From an uncultured delta proteobacterium (GTDB taxonomy: Bacteria > Desulfobacterota > RBG-13-43-22): a DNA stretch of 64,000 nt. The stretch is taken from positions 32,001 to 96,000 of the forward strand of contig CAWJJC010000025.1 of the NCBI GenBank assembly GCA_963843145.1. Reading direction: 5' to 3'. The position numbers were made by a program, and so were the translations under genes. Of the stretch, positions 20,790-31,669 are shown in pieces (position 1 is the first letter of the stretch; every line of letters starts with the position of its first letter). A model generated the notes under the pieces. It ran no database searches, was not told where the DNA came from, and worked only from the letters and a program-made list of their open reading frames with translations.

Positions 20790-21842
20790 TTAGGGATAAA
20801 GCGGCAGTTGGGTCAAGCCCAGGGTCTGGTCCCAGCCCAGGAGGATATTCATATTTTGGATAGCCTGACCGGAGGCCCCCTTGACCAAATTATCGATGGC
20901 CGAGAGGACGATCACCCGCCCCGTCCTGGGATCCAGACGCCATCCGATTTCGCAGTAGTTGGAACCCCGAACCCTGAGGGTGTTAGGGAGTTCCCCCTTC
21001 TCCAGCAAGCGGACGAAGGGGGCTTCCCGGTAAAAGTCGCTATAAAGATCCTTGAGGTCCTCCCAGGTCGTTTCCTTTTGAGGATAGGCATAGAGAGTGG
21101 ATAGTATCCCCCGGGACATGGGCACCAGGTGGGGAGTAAAGGTGATAGTCAGCGACTGTTCAGCCAACCGGCTTAATTCCTGTTCAATTTCAGGGGTATG
21201 GCGGTGCTCGCCACCCACTTTATAGGCCTTGAAGCCTTCATCCACCTCGCAGTACAAGCTCCCTAAATGAACCGACCGTCCGGCACCACTGACGCCGGAT
21301 TTAGAATCCGCCACCAGTCCCTGCGGTTCAATCACCTTTTCCTTCAGCAGGGGAGCTAGTCCTAAAATAATACTGGTGGGATAGCAGCCGGGATTCCCGA
21401 TCAGCCGAGCCTGCCGAATGGCCGGGGTGTGGATCTCGGGCAGCCCGTAAACCGCTTGTTTCAGCAGGTCGGGCGCCTGATGGGGACCGTACCAGGCCTG
21501 GTAGGTTTCCGGGTCCTGAAACCGAAAATCCGCGCTCAGATCGATAATTTTCAGCCTTTGATCCGGGAAGATTCGGGCGACGATCTCCATGGCCTCTTTA
21601 TGGGGTACGGCGGTAAAAACGACTTGCGCCTCCCGGGCGATCTCCTTGGCCGCCGGATCGCTAAAAAGCAGATCCGTATAGCCCAAGGAAGGGAAAACCT
21701 GCTGGACCTTCTGGCCTTGGTGGGTCCGGGAGGTCACGCCGACCACCTCCACCCGGGGATGCCGGAGCAATAGACGCAAGAGCTCCAAACCGGTATATCC
21801 CGATCCTCCTACTATAACTGCCTTTGTTCTTGATTCTGCCAT
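20790..21842 (-). CDS. argC: N-acetyl-gamma-glutamyl-phosphate reductase
   Basis: GGSGYTG; IDLSADFR; GNPGCYPT; SGVSGAGR; DNLVKGASGQA. Confidence 0.97.
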   Translation of the reverse strand: MAESRTKAVIVGGSGYTGLELLRLLLRHPRVEVVGVTSRTHQGQKVQQVFPSLGYTDLLFSDPAAKEIAREAQVVFTAVPHKEAMEIVARIFPDQRLKIIDLSADFRFQDPETYQAWYGPHQAPDLLKQAVYGLPEIHTPAIRQARLIGNPGCYPTSIILGLAPLLKEKVIEPQGLVADSKSGVSGAGRSVHLGSLYCEVDEGFKAYKVGGEHRHTPEIEQELSRLAEQSLTITFTPHLVPMSRGILSTLYAYPQKETTWEDLKDLYSDFYREAPFVRLLEKGELPNTLRVRGSNYCEIGWRLDPRTGRVIVLSAIDNLVKGASGQAIQNMNILLGWDQTLGLTQLPLYP

Positions 21843-21916
21843 GATCCCCTCCAAAAAAAAGGGAAGCGCCCTCTCGGGCCTTCCCTTTCGAATTTTCATT
21901 TGTTTTATGGTACCTA

Positions 21917-22309
21917 TTAACGCTTCGAATATTGAAAACGGGCCCTGGCCCCTTTCTGACCGTATTTTTTCCGTTCCTTGATCCTGGAATCACGGGTTAA
22001 GAACCCCGCCTTTTTTAATACGGCCCGTAAATTAGGATCAAAGACCAGCAGGGCCTTACTGATTCCATGTTTAACGGCCCCGGCCTGGCCGGTCAATCCC
22101 CCGCCCTGCACGTTGACTAAAATATCAAATTTTCCGACCGTATCGGTCAATTCCAAAGGTTGGAGGACCACCATCTTGGCGGTTTCCCGGCTGAAGTAAT
22201 TATCCACCGGCCGGTCATTAATCACGATCTGACCGGTTCCCGGCCGTAGCCAAGTCCGGGCGATAGCGCATTTTCTTTTTCCTGTGGCGTAGTATTCCTT
22301 TTCGGCCAT
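21917..22309 (-). CDS. rpsI: 30S ribosomal protein S9
   Basis: YATGKRK...[10 protein letters not shown]...[19 protein letters not shown]. Confidence 0.98.
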   Translation of the reverse strand: MAEKEYYATGKRKCAIARTWLRPGTGQIVINDRPVDNYFSRETAKMVVLQPLELTDTVGKFDILVNVQGGGLTGQAGAVKHGISKALLVFDPNLRAVLKKAGFLTRDSRIKERKKYGQKGARARFQYSKR

Positions 22310-22323
22310 AATTCAGTTAACCT

Positions 22324-22752
22324 CTACAGCGTTAAGGTGATGGGTTGCTGGGCTTGATGAGGGTGTTCCGGGCCCACATAAACCTTTAATTTCTTATTAA
22401 TTTTCCGGCCCAAGCTGTTCTTCGGCAACATGCCTCGAACCGCCTGACGAATCAGATCTTCGGGTCGTTTTTCCATCAATTTTTTCGCGGTAATGGATTT
22501 CAGTCCGCCGATAAATCCCGAATGATGGTAATATATCTTTTGGTCTATTTTTCTGCCCGTCAGTTTGATCTGCTCGGCATTGACTACGATTACAAAATCG
22601 CCCATATCGGCATAAGGGACAAAACGGGGATTCATTTTACCCCTCAGACGACTGGCAATTTCCGAGGCCAACCGACCCAGAACCAGGTCTTTGGCATCGA
22701 CCAGATACCATTTCCGCTCAAATTCACCTGCTTTAGGTCGAAATGTTTTCAT
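22324..22752 (-). CDS. rplM: 50S ribosomal protein L13
   Basis: WYLVDA...LGRLAS...RGMLPKN...HPHQAQQP. Confidence 0.98.
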   Translation of the reverse strand: MKTFRPKAGEFERKWYLVDAKDLVLGRLASEIASRLRGKMNPRFVPYADMGDFVIVVNAEQIKLTGRKIDQKIYYHHSGFIGGLKSITAKKLMEKRPEDLIRQAVRGMLPKNSLGRKINKKLKVYVGPEHPHQAQQPITLTL

Positions 22753-22834
22753 CGTACCCTACCCCTATAAAGTTAAAAAAGGATAATTTACCCCAATTAA
22801 TTTAAGTTGTCAATATTTATTAGGGGGGAGGGGG

Positions 22835-25195
22835 CTAAAATTCACCCAGACCTTTTAAATTAAGGGAAAGAAGGAATCGTTTATCGCCATAGCTATCCGT
22901 GTAAGTGGCTTTAATTCCCCAACATTGATGGGCATAAGCCAGTCCCAGGTTGGTCTCATAATTTTTATTTTGATCGATGGAGTACCTATTCAGGAAATCG
23001 GCTGTCCAGGTGGGATTGATCTTCCAGAGCAAGGAAGTGTTAATCTGCCTGTACTGGTCCCCGTTGATGGTTTGATAATCCACAGTGGCCCAACTCCCCC
23101 CTGGAGTGTTCAGGCTGAGCGAATGGGTCTGGGTATCGAACTGGTTGTCGTAGGGCGACCAGCCGGCATAAGAGCGGAACCGGATAAACGGACTGGGGAT
23201 GAATTCCAGTTCAGCCGTCACATTGGAAAAAGGTCTCCGGGGACTGGTGGTTCCGGTAGTTCCGGTGGTTCCACCGATTCCGGTGACTGGTACGATTCCG
23301 GTGGTTCCGGTGATTCCGGTGATAGGAGCGGTTCCGGTGGTTCCGGTAGTCGTAGTTCCTAAAATTCTTGGGGTTTTTTCGTCCCGAGTGGCCTCATTGA
23401 TGTCATAGGTCTGGTAAATTTTAAAATAGACAAAATCCAGATAAGAATGAAGATCTTCCCCTTCTTTCCCTAACCCGATAAAGTTTTTGGCGGTCAGCGT
23501 GTTATTCAGATAATAGGTAATGGTATTGGTTTTAATCAGTGGGGAGACAAAAGTCGGCAAAGAATCGGTGGTGTTGTTATTCGTTATGTCCGGAGTAAAA
23601 TCATAAACCACCTGCGGGCGGATGCTGTGTTTGATTTTCCGGAGCGTTTTATCGGAAACATCAAAAACGCGCTGGATATCCGTAGACAAATCCAGCTTTA
23701 AACTCGGCACGGTTCGGGCGCCCCAATCCGCTACCCCGGTACCGGTTTTATTCTCCACCTGGAAAAAGGCCTGGTTGGCCCCGACAGAGGTTTCCGTGTT
23801 GAGAACGTTGAGAAATTTATAGGGGTAGGAAAGAATCGGATTAATTTCCATGAACTGGCCCCGATCCAGGCTTTTCCGCCAATAATGATTATAATCGGAA
23901 TTCAACTGGAAAAAGAAATTTTTCCCGAGTTCGTATTTTGTGCTGTCATAACGGAAATAGGGGAGCTGGTTCAAGGCATCATCGCTATTGTCCAACTCCT
24001 GGAAATATTGAAACCCGCCGGTAAAATTATAATTCCCCACGCTGCGGGTGACGATAGCCGTGTTCCGGCGATCCAAGACCGTCTCGTCATCGAAATCCCG
24101 GCCGAATTCACTCAAAAAATAGGGCCGATTGCGGTCCAGCCCGTTGCCCGCTCCTCGGAATTCCCTGAGGTAGTCCCGGTCGCTGAGCAAGTCCAGGTCC
24201 ACTTTAAGTACATACCCTTTCGGCAGATCCTGGTTGGCCTTGCCTCGGAACCAGTATCGTTCATTGTAGGCTTCACTGTTCCGCTTCGCCTTGAATTCCT
24301 CCTCGCCCAGCAGGTCCTTAGGGAGGTAGTCCGCCATGAATGCCCCTTTGGAGTTTGGGTCGGTGACATAGCGAAATTCCGCCCCCTGCATATAGCCCCG
24401 ATTGCTCATGAAATACTGGTAAAAGGTGGCGTCCAGGTTATCCGCTATGGCCCAGTAGAAGGGCGCGTTGAGCGTCAGGCCGTCCCGCTGGGAATAGCCG
24501 GGTTCCGGAAACAGCAGGCCGCTTTGTCGTTTGGTTTTGACCGGAAAGATCAGATAGGGCGTGTACAGGACGGGGATGTTGCGGGCCCGGAGGGAGGCCT
24601 GATATAACTTGCCGTACCCTTCCACGGTTACGTCAAAGTCTTTGGCGGTGATAATCCAGGGGGGATCATCCCCATCGCAGGAGGTGACGGTGCCCTCCAG
24701 GATCCGATAGGTGGATTCGCCGGTTTTCCAGATGCGGGTCCCGGTGACGTGATAGTTGTTTTTCTTCAGGAACAAGCGGCCTTTTTCCACCTCGCCGGTC
24801 TGCTTTTGTAAGTCGATCGTTAGGTGATCGCCCCGCAGTTCATCCCCCCCGGCCGTGTAGACCACGTTTCCCCGGGCTTCGGCGATCATGGTATTTCGGT
24901 CTAACCGGGCATAGTCACTCTTTAAAACCCGGTCCCCTTTCTTAATGACCACTTCCCCGATAGCCGTATATATATTCGTATCATGGTCGTAATTTAATTC
25001 CCGCGCCTCAATATCCCAGGGGGCTTTTTCGGATGGAGAACCAGCGGAAAAAAGGGTTTCCTGGGCGGCCACCCAGGGGACCCCTAAGAGAAAAAACCAG
25101 AATAGACAGGCAAAAATCTGCCGGCAGGATGGTAGCGAATTGGCCCCCATGGGCTTGATCAAACCCTTTCCATTTTTTTTCGTTTTTTTTAACAT
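22835..25195 (-). CDS. lptD: LPS-assembly protein LptD
   Basis: OstA-like N-terminus; TSCDGDDPPW; KRQSGLLFP; HQCWG; C-terminal LKGLGEF. Confidence 0.85.
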   Translation of the reverse strand: MLKKTKKNGKGLIKPMGANSLPSCRQIFACLFWFFLLGVPWVAAQETLFSAGSPSEKAPWDIEARELNYDHDTNIYTAIGEVVIKKGDRVLKSDYARLDRNTMIAEARGNVVYTAGGDELRGDHLTIDLQKQTGEVEKGRLFLKKNNYHVTGTRIWKTGESTYRILEGTVTSCDGDDPPWIITAKDFDVTVEGYGKLYQASLRARNIPVLYTPYLIFPVKTKRQSGLLFPEPGYSQRDGLTLNAPFYWAIADNLDATFYQYFMSNRGYMQGAEFRYVTDPNSKGAFMADYLPKDLLGEEEFKAKRNSEAYNERYWFRGKANQDLPKGYVLKVDLDLLSDRDYLREFRGAGNGLDRNRPYFLSEFGRDFDDETVLDRRNTAIVTRSVGNYNFTGGFQYFQELDNSDDALNQLPYFRYDSTKYELGKNFFFQLNSDYNHYWRKSLDRGQFMEINPILSYPYKFLNVLNTETSVGANQAFFQVENKTGTGVADWGARTVPSLKLDLSTDIQRVFDVSDKTLRKIKHSIRPQVVYDFTPDITNNNTTDSLPTFVSPLIKTNTITYYLNNTLTAKNFIGLGKEGEDLHSYLDFVYFKIYQTYDINEATRDEKTPRILGTTTTGTTGTAPITGITGTTGIVPVTGIGGTTGTTGTTSPRRPFSNVTAELEFIPSPFIRFRSYAGWSPYDNQFDTQTHSLSLNTPGGSWATVDYQTINGDQYRQINTSLLWKINPTWTADFLNRYSIDQNKNYETNLGLAYAHQCWGIKATYTDSYGDKRFLLSLNLKGLGEF

Positions 25196-25231
25196 AAATT
25201 GAAAATTACTACAACCTAAATTAATAAATTT

Positions 25232-26602
25232 TTATAACACCTTACCTTTTGGCAGCCACTCTGGAATTAATCCCGAGGGGGGGGCGGCGCCTTTTGAAAT
25301 TTCGATTTTTTTCTCCAGGTAGGCCCGGGCCTCGCCGACCACAAACAGCGAGCCGGTGATACAGATCAGATCGTCCCTCGACGCTTCGCTGACGGCCCGG
25401 TCAATCGCCTGGGAGAGGGCGGGAAACAAGCGGCATTTGCTTCGGTCCCGGTCTATAAAAGAGAGCAGCTTTTCCGGCTCCGCCGACCGAAGGTATTCCG
25501 CCCGAGTTAAAAAGATCCAATCCGCCAAAGGGACGATAGGCGCCAAGATGGCCGGGATGTCTTTGTCTTGCATGATCCCGATCACCAGCAACAGTCGTCG
25601 ATAGGGCAGGGCCTTGGGCAGAGTCTCGGCCAGCACCTTCATGGCCGCCGGGTTGTGGGCGCCGTCCAAAACAATCCGGGGGCTTTCAGCCCAGACTTCC
25701 ATCCGGCCCGGCCAATTCACCTGGAGCAACCCCTCCCGGATATGCTCCTCAGAAAGGATTTTACCCTCCAGCGGCCAGAGGTTGACCAGGCTTAAGGCCA
25801 GACCGGCGTTTCTAATCTGGTGGGGGCCAAGCAGTTTATTTCGCAGGCCCTTATAAACCTTTCCAAAACCGGTGTAATTGAATTGGGTGCCCGTGATTTT
25901 TCGGGTCTGGAAATCCCGGCCGGCTAAAAACAGGGGGGATCCCTGCTCTCGGCAGATTTGCCCGATGACTTCCCGGGCTACCGGCTGGGTTACCCCGGAT
26001 ACCAGGGGGATACCGGGTTTGATGATCCCCCCCTTTTCCCAGGCAATCCGCCTCAAGGTGTTCCCCAAATATTCCTGATGCTCCAGACCCAGCGTGGTGA
26101 TAACCGTCACTCGAGGCCGGATGATATTGGTAGCGTCCAAACGCCCCCCCAATCCAACCTCGATGATCGCCAGGTCCACCTTTTCCCGGGCGAAATAAAT
26201 GAGGGCCATGGCCGTCACCATCTCGAAAAAAGTGGGCGGTTCTTCAGCATTCGTCCGGTCCTTCACCTCCCGGACCAAGTCCAGGGTCACCCCTGGGGGG
26301 ATCAGGCGTCCATTGATCTGAAAACGCTCGCGAAAATCCACGAGATGGGGGGAAGTATAAAGCCCCACCCGATAACCGGCCTGTGAAAAGATGGAGGCCG
26401 CCATAGCTGCCACCGAACCCTTACCGTTCGTGCCGGCGATATGGATCAGCTTCAACTGGTCCTGGGGACGGCCAAAAGCCTGAAGGAGGTTCTCGGTCTT
26501 GGAAAGACCGAATTTCATGCCGAACTTCTGCAGACCGTACAGATAGGACAAGGCCTGATCGTAGACCGGGTCCCGGGATAAGGGTTCGAACTGCTTGTCC
26601 AT
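25232..26602 (-). CDS. folC: Folylpolyglutamate/dihydrofolate synthase
   Basis: IHIAGTNGKGS; YTSPHL; EVGLGGRLDATN; LDGAHNP; ITGSLFVVG. Confidence 0.95.
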   Translation of the reverse strand: MDKQFEPLSRDPVYDQALSYLYGLQKFGMKFGLSKTENLLQAFGRPQDQLKLIHIAGTNGKGSVAAMAASIFSQAGYRVGLYTSPHLVDFRERFQINGRLIPPGVTLDLVREVKDRTNAEEPPTFFEMVTAMALIYFAREKVDLAIIEVGLGGRLDATNIIRPRVTVITTLGLEHQEYLGNTLRRIAWEKGGIIKPGIPLVSGVTQPVAREVIGQICREQGSPLFLAGRDFQTRKITGTQFNYTGFGKVYKGLRNKLLGPHQIRNAGLALSLVNLWPLEGKILSEEHIREGLLQVNWPGRMEVWAESPRIVLDGAHNPAAMKVLAETLPKALPYRRLLLVIGIMQDKDIPAILAPIVPLADWIFLTRAEYLRSAEPEKLLSFIDRDRSKCRLFPALSQAIDRAVSEASRDDLICITGSLFVVGEARAYLEKKIEISKGAAPPSGLIPEWLPKGKVL

Positions 26603-26723
26603 AGCTTCTCTACTTTACCCAATCTTGAAATTTGTTTCCAACACTTAATCCGAGTCAATCTCTAAATCCAAAATTCGGATTTCGAGTTTGATCCAAAAAG
26701 GTTAGAATTCGGCTAGGGGTTTA

Positions 26724-28844
26724 TTATGCCTTTTCCAGACGGGCAAAATCCAAGTGCAGCACCTTGATGCCGTAGCTCCGGAATTTAACCCGAATCTTAC
26801 GGTCCTGGGGGGATTCTTCGACGATACCGGACCCGAAAAGTGGATGGTATACTTTGAGCCCCACCGGGTAGCCGCCGTCTTCCCGGACCTTACGGCGAGG
26901 GGGTTCGGCCTGAAAAACTCGCGGGACGTTTTCCCGCAGCGGGGTTTGACGGCGCAGGATCTCCTCGGGCAGCAGGGCGATAAACCGGGAGGCTTCATTG
27001 TGCTGCCAGCCTCCCCCTCTTTCAGAGCCTTGCAAGGGATAGGTCAGGAAAAGTTTTTCCTTGGCCCGGGTGATGGCCACATAGAGCAAACGACGTTCCT
27101 CCTCCAATTCCTCCTGACTTTCACGGGCATGCGTGGAAGGAAAACGTCCTTCTGTCAGCCAGATGACGAAAACTGCCTGCCATTCCAGCCCCTTGGCCGA
27201 ATGGACCGTGGAGAGCACCAGCCGTTCCTGCCCTGAATCAGCACCCCGGTCAGGGGTTTCCAGCAACAGATCTCCTAAAAATTCGTCCACCTCGGTATAG
27301 ACATTGCTGACCCGTAGCAACTCCTCAATATCCTTTTTCCTGTATTCCGGGTCTTCAAAAAGCCGGGGAAGCAGAGGCTGGTAATACGCCCAGATTATTT
27401 CCAGCGCGGCAGACGGAGAAAGGGGTTCCTGGCTCAAGAGATTCAGCATCTCCCCCAGTCGGTCGAGCTGGGGTTGGGGCCGCGGGTACTCCCGGAGAAA
27501 CCGGATTCGGGAGTCCCATTCCTCGATCTCCAATAATCCACTCACGATCTGTCCTGCCCTTTTGGGTCCCAGCCCCTCCAGGTGTCGTAGAATCCGCTCC
27601 CAGGATAAGGCCTCCTGAGGATTCTGGGATACCTTGAGGTAGGCCAGCAGGTCCTTGATATGGGCGCCCTCGGTCAGCTTGCGGCCGCCGTACTTGACGA
27701 AAGGAATTCCGCTTTTCTGCAGATGGATTTCCAGATTAAAAGAATGATGGCCGGCCCGAAAGAGGACAGCCGTTTCCGACCAGGGAAGGCCTTGTTTTTG
27801 CAAAGCCTTCAATTGGCTGACGATGAACTGGGATTGTCCTTCCTCGTGGGGCAACTCGATGCACCGAGGGAGGTCCCCGGCCGGGTTATGGGCCCGCAGG
27901 CATTTACTGTGCCGCTGGGCGGCGAAACTGATCACGGTATTGGCTAAAGTCAGGATGGCCTGGGAACTGCGGTAGTTTTCTTCCAGCTTGATAACGCGGG
28001 CCTGGGGAAAGCTCTTGGGGAACTCGAGGATGTTCTTGACCCGGGCGCCCCTAAAGCCATAGATGGATTGGGAATCATCCCCCACCACCATAAGATTCCC
28101 ATGGGCCTGAATCAGCGCGCGGACCATTTGGGCCTGCAGCAGATTGGTATCCTGGTATTCATCCACCATCACATACTGATAGTGTTCGGATAAATTTCGA
28201 GCCACCTCCGGGTGGTCGGCAAACAGCTTCAGGGTGTATAGCAGTAAGTCGTCGTAGTCGAGGAGGAAATGCTGTCTTTTGTAATCTTCGAAGGCCTGCC
28301 GTAAAAGAGTAAGCCGGGGGATCAGATTCTCCCATTGAGGGGCAAATACCCGAACCCCTTGTTCAAAATCCAGGGCCCGGTTGTTGATCCGGCTGATCAG
28401 TTCCACCAGGTCCTTGCGTCCCGGGGCCTCGGAGTGCTGGTCCAGACCTTGGGCCTTGATCAACCGCCCCATGATTTCCACCGCGTCGGAACGGTCCATG
28501 ACCGTGGGATGGCCGGACAACCCGATCAGGCCCCCCTGCCGGCGCAAAAGGCGGTAGCCCAGGGAATGGAAAGTCCCCCCGGAAATTTCCCGGCAGGAGA
28601 TGCCCAGCATCGTCTCCACCCGGTTGAGCATCTCCTGGGCCGCTTTGCGGGTAAAGGTCAGCAGCAGGATCCGACCCGGATCGATCCCCTGCTCAACCAA
28701 CCAGGCCACGCGATAGACCAGGGTCCGGGTTTTTCCGCTGCCGGCGCCGGCAATAATCAGGCTCGGCCCGTCCGGGGCTTGAACGGCTTCCAGTTGTGCG
28801 GCATTGAGATTTTTTTGGTAGATATTCGTTTTTCCGGTCATCAT
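26724..28844 (-). CDS. UvrD/PcrA-family ATP-dependent helicase
   Basis: AGAGSGKT; VDEYQDTN; VGDDSQSIYGFRGA; HSAKGLEW; EERRLLYVAITRA. Confidence 0.93.
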   Translation of the reverse strand: MMTGKTNIYQKNLNAAQLEAVQAPDGPSLIIAGAGSGKTRTLVYRVAWLVEQGIDPGRILLLTFTRKAAQEMLNRVETMLGISCREISGGTFHSLGYRLLRRQGGLIGLSGHPTVMDRSDAVEIMGRLIKAQGLDQHSEAPGRKDLVELISRINNRALDFEQGVRVFAPQWENLIPRLTLLRQAFEDYKRQHFLLDYDDLLLYTLKLFADHPEVARNLSEHYQYVMVDEYQDTNLLQAQMVRALIQAHGNLMVVGDDSQSIYGFRGARVKNILEFPKSFPQARVIKLEENYRSSQAILTLANTVISFAAQRHSKCLRAHNPAGDLPRCIELPHEEGQSQFIVSQLKALQKQGLPWSETAVLFRAGHHSFNLEIHLQKSGIPFVKYGGRKLTEGAHIKDLLAYLKVSQNPQEALSWERILRHLEGLGPKRAGQIVSGLLEIEEWDSRIRFLREYPRPQPQLDRLGEMLNLLSQEPLSPSAALEIIWAYYQPLLPRLFEDPEYRKKDIEELLRVSNVYTEVDEFLGDLLLETPDRGADSGQERLVLSTVHSAKGLEWQAVFVIWLTEGRFPSTHARESQEELEEERRLLYVAITRAKEKLFLTYPLQGSERGGGWQHNEASRFIALLPEEILRRQTPLRENVPRVFQAEPPRRKVREDGGYPVGLKVYHPLFGSGIVEESPQDRKIRVKFRSYGIKVLHLDFARLEKA

Positions 28845-28936
28845 TTATGGTCTGATCGCTAGTGGGAAAAGCCTCTATATTTAGGTTAGTATGTAAATAA
28901 AATCAATCACCGCTTTTTAGGCCTTTTTCCTAGGTA

Positions 28937-29013
28937 GTCATACCGGACTTGATCCGGTATCCAGGACTTCCCGAGCTTATCCGAGGCTGGATTCCGGATC
29001 GCGTCCGGAATGA
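28937..29013. repeat. Palindromic REP/RPE-like element
   Basis: GTCATACCGGACTTGATCCGGTATCCAG...CTGGATTCCGGATCGCGTCCGGAATGAC. Confidence 0.7.
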
Positions 29014-29227
29014 CGAATCTTGGTCAAACCTTATTTCCGTGCCCCAGGGCGCCCTCCCAGATCCGGGGGGTTTATTAGGGAGTGGTCTCGTCTTACTAAA
29101 AAAAGAGAGGCTTGTAAACCAGATTTGAAAATTTGACAATGACCGCTTTGAGCATTATAATTTCAAAAATCAAGGCCAAAATCCGAAAATCCATGATGAA
29201 TCACTAAGTTAATTGAGGAAGGAAGCC

Positions 29228-30415
29228 ATGGCCGATGAAAACGCTTTAAAAAATAAATTCAAGGAGGGCTATGCCGCCGTTTTCTACGCCCAGTGGCCGG
29301 CCCTCACCGGGGGCCTGCTCCTGGGGTTGTTCAGTATTTTGATCGTGGCCTGGTCCCGTCCCTGGGGTATCGTGGGCGGGATTAGAAATTGGGCCGACTG
29401 GCTTTTTTACGGACTCGGCCTCTATCCTACGCGGCCGGAGAACCCTATCTTGTTTTCCGGGTCCGTGATGGATATCGGATTTCTCCTAGGCACCTTCGGA
29501 TCGGCTCTGATGGCCAAGGAATTCGCCTTTCGCTGGGCCCCGCCACTGGAAATGATCAAAGGACTGGCGGGTGGAACCCTGATGGGGGTCGGCTCGGCCT
29601 TGGCCCTCGGCTGCAACGTGGGGGCCTTCTACACCCCCCTGATCAACCTTTCGGCCAGCGGGTTCCCCATGCTGATCGGCCTGATGATCGGTGCCTTTAT
29701 CGGGCTCAAGTACCTGCTCTGGGAACTGGAAAAATTCCCGTCCAAAGCCGGCTTTGTCCCCCCGGCCAAACCAGGGGAAAAAAGCTTTGACTGGAAATCC
29801 GTTCAGCCCTATCTGGGGGTGTTGGTACTCCTGGGGTTAATCCTCTGGGCTTATGGGTATGCCGGTCGGGCCTACACGGAAATCGGCGGTCTGCTCCTTT
29901 TCGGGGCGGCCTTCGGCATCATCCTGCAACGGTGCCGCTTCTGCTTTGTCCGGGCCTTTCGGGATCCCTTCATGACCGGGGAAGCCGGGATCGCCAAGGC
30001 CATCGCCTTGAGCATTATCCTGGGTTCCTTAGGCGTAGCCGTACTCAAGTGGACTGGCGTTCGTGCGGAAAGCACCTATGTCATTCCGGCCTTCTGGGGA
30101 GGTTCCCTGTTCGGAGGGCTGATATTTGGCATTGGCATGGTGATAGCCGGCGGGTGCGGAAGCGGGACCCTATGGCGGGTGGGCGAAGGCCAGCTCAAAT
30201 TATGGGCCGCCCTGCTGACCTTTGCCACTTTTAATTCCTTAAGCACCGCATTTTTACGGAGTACCGGTTGGCGGCAGAAACTGGGCCGGGCCATATTCCT
30301 GCCGGACGTTTTCGGCTGGGGTGGCAGTCTGCTCTTCATTGCAGGGATCCTTTTATTGTGGTATCTTTTAGTTACCTGGAACGAAGAAACCAATAAATTT
30401 ACAGTTGGATTGTAG
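29228..30415 (+). CDS. YeeE/YedE (TsuA-like) sulfur-compound transporter
   Basis: Multi-TM; ALGCNVGA, RCRFCFV and AGGCGSG conserved Cys motifs. Confidence 0.9.
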   Translation: MADENALKNKFKEGYAAVFYAQWPALTGGLLLGLFSILIVAWSRPWGIVGGIRNWADWLFYGLGLYPTRPENPILFSGSVMDIGFLLGTFGSALMAKEFAFRWAPPLEMIKGLAGGTLMGVGSALALGCNVGAFYTPLINLSASGFPMLIGLMIGAFIGLKYLLWELEKFPSKAGFVPPAKPGEKSFDWKSVQPYLGVLVLLGLILWAYGYAGRAYTEIGGLLLFGAAFGIILQRCRFCFVRAFRDPFMTGEAGIAKAIALSIILGSLGVAVLKWTGVRAESTYVIPAFWGGSLFGGLIFGIGMVIAGGCGSGTLWRVGEGQLKLWAALLTFATFNSLSTAFLRSTGWRQKLGRAIFLPDVFGWGGSLLFIAGILLLWYLLVTWNEETNKFTVGL

Positions 30416-30515
30416 AGAAAAGACCTGGCACGGAGCGCAGCGCGCTAAGCGTTAAGACCCAATAGACCACTTAAGTCAGACAGACCAAAATGAATATCCT
30501 AAAGGAGGAAACGTT

Positions 30516-30752
30516 ATGGAAGATGTTAAACCCGATGAAACCTTGGACGCCCGGGGGCTGAGCTGTCCCATGCCGGTCCTGAAAACCAAGAAGACCATGG
30601 ACAATTTAAAATCCGGGCAGGTTCTGGAAATCCTCAGCACCGACCCGGGAACCCGGAATGATCTCCCCAGTTGGACCAAACGTACCGGTAACGAGTTCCT
30701 GGGCGAAAAGCAGGACGAAGGCTTTGTCCGTTTCTATGTTAAAAAGAAGTAA
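30516..30752 (+). CDS. TusA/YeeD family sulfur carrier
   Basis: LDARGLSCPMP (CPxP motif). Confidence 0.92.
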   Translation: MEDVKPDETLDARGLSCPMPVLKTKKTMDNLKSGQVLEILSTDPGTRNDLPSWTKRTGNEFLGEKQDEGFVRFYVKKK

Positions 30753-30765
30753 CAAGGATGACGAT

Positions 30766-31074
30766 ATGGCTGAGAAATTAGGGATCTTTGTGAACTCCGA
30801 CCGCCATCTTCGCCACGTGATTGAGATCACCAAGGCGGCCGAACGGGCCGGGAAAGAGGTGACTCTCTTTTTCTCGCACAAAGGAGTTTTACTGACCCAG
30901 GAACCGGAATTTCAGGAATTGGTAGGCCACGCCAAATACGCGGTCTGCAATGTGGGGTTTGAAGCCCAGGGACTCAAGGGTAAAACCGTTCCCGGTATGG
31001 ATGAAACCGGTTTCGCTACTCAAGCCCGACATGGTGAAATGATCGAAGACTGCGACCGTTACTTGGTGATGTAA
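30766..31074 (+). CDS. DsrE-like protein
   Basis: KLGIFVNSD...GKEVTLFFSHKGVLL...AVC; size and gene context fit. Confidence 0.7.
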   Translation: MAEKLGIFVNSDRHLRHVIEITKAAERAGKEVTLFFSHKGVLLTQEPEFQELVGHAKYAVCNVGFEAQGLKGKTVPGMDETGFATQARHGEMIEDCDRYLVM

Positions 31075-31084
31075 AGGAGAAACT

Positions 31085-31369
31085 ATGAAAAAAGTAGCCT
31101 TTCTGGTGCGAACCAAGGATGAGCTGTGGGAAGGGATGCGCTCCAGTCTGGGTCTGGTCATTGAAAATAATTTCGTCACCATGGTGGTCCTGGATCACGA
31201 AGTGGAGATGACCGAGGCCTACCAGGAAAACCTGGACTGGTTTATTGACATGGAAGGAGAATATTATTCCAATGTCCCGGTCAATGTGGAAAAATTTGGT
31301 TTTAAGCCCATCACCATCGGGGAACTGGGGGAGAAACTAAAAGAGATGGACTTTATTGTTCCCTTCTAA
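31085..31369 (+). CDS. DsrF-like protein
   Basis: MKKVAFLVR...EGMRSSLGL...EMDFIVPF. Confidence 0.6.
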   Translation: MKKVAFLVRTKDELWEGMRSSLGLVIENNFVTMVVLDHEVEMTEAYQENLDWFIDMEGEYYSNVPVNVEKFGFKPITIGELGEKLKEMDFIVPF

Positions 31370-31383
31370 CGAAAAGGATTCTT

Positions 31384-31557
31384 ATGAAAATATTACACAT
31401 TTTCCGGTCCGAACCCACACCGGATGTGGAAAAATTAGCCACCATCCTCTCGGAAGGGCAGGAGGCCGTTCGATTTCCCCTCTACCAAAGCCCGGTGGAT
31501 TACGACCGGCTGATTGAAATGATTTTTTCCAATGATAAAGTTATTAGCTGGTGGTAA
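31384..31557 (+). CDS. Small DsrH-like protein (57 aa, not in ORF track)
   Basis: AGGA RBS; MKILHIFRSEP...VDYDRLIEMIFSNDKVISWW, with a DsrH/TusB-like C-terminus. Confidence 0.7.
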   Translation: MKILHIFRSEPTPDVEKLATILSEGQEAVRFPLYQSPVDYDRLIEMIFSNDKVISWW

Positions 31558-31669
31558 TGCCGGGAAAAATTCGTTACTGGATCCTGACTTCGGTTCGAAA
31601 TTCGGATATCGGATTAAGTGCTCCAGGCATCATTCATTAGAAACGAATTTTTAAAGGGAGGTACGTTTT

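Noticed and set aside
30426-30441. TGGCAC upstream of tusA as a sigma-54 promoter
   Set aside because: No GC at the required GG-N10-GC spacing.
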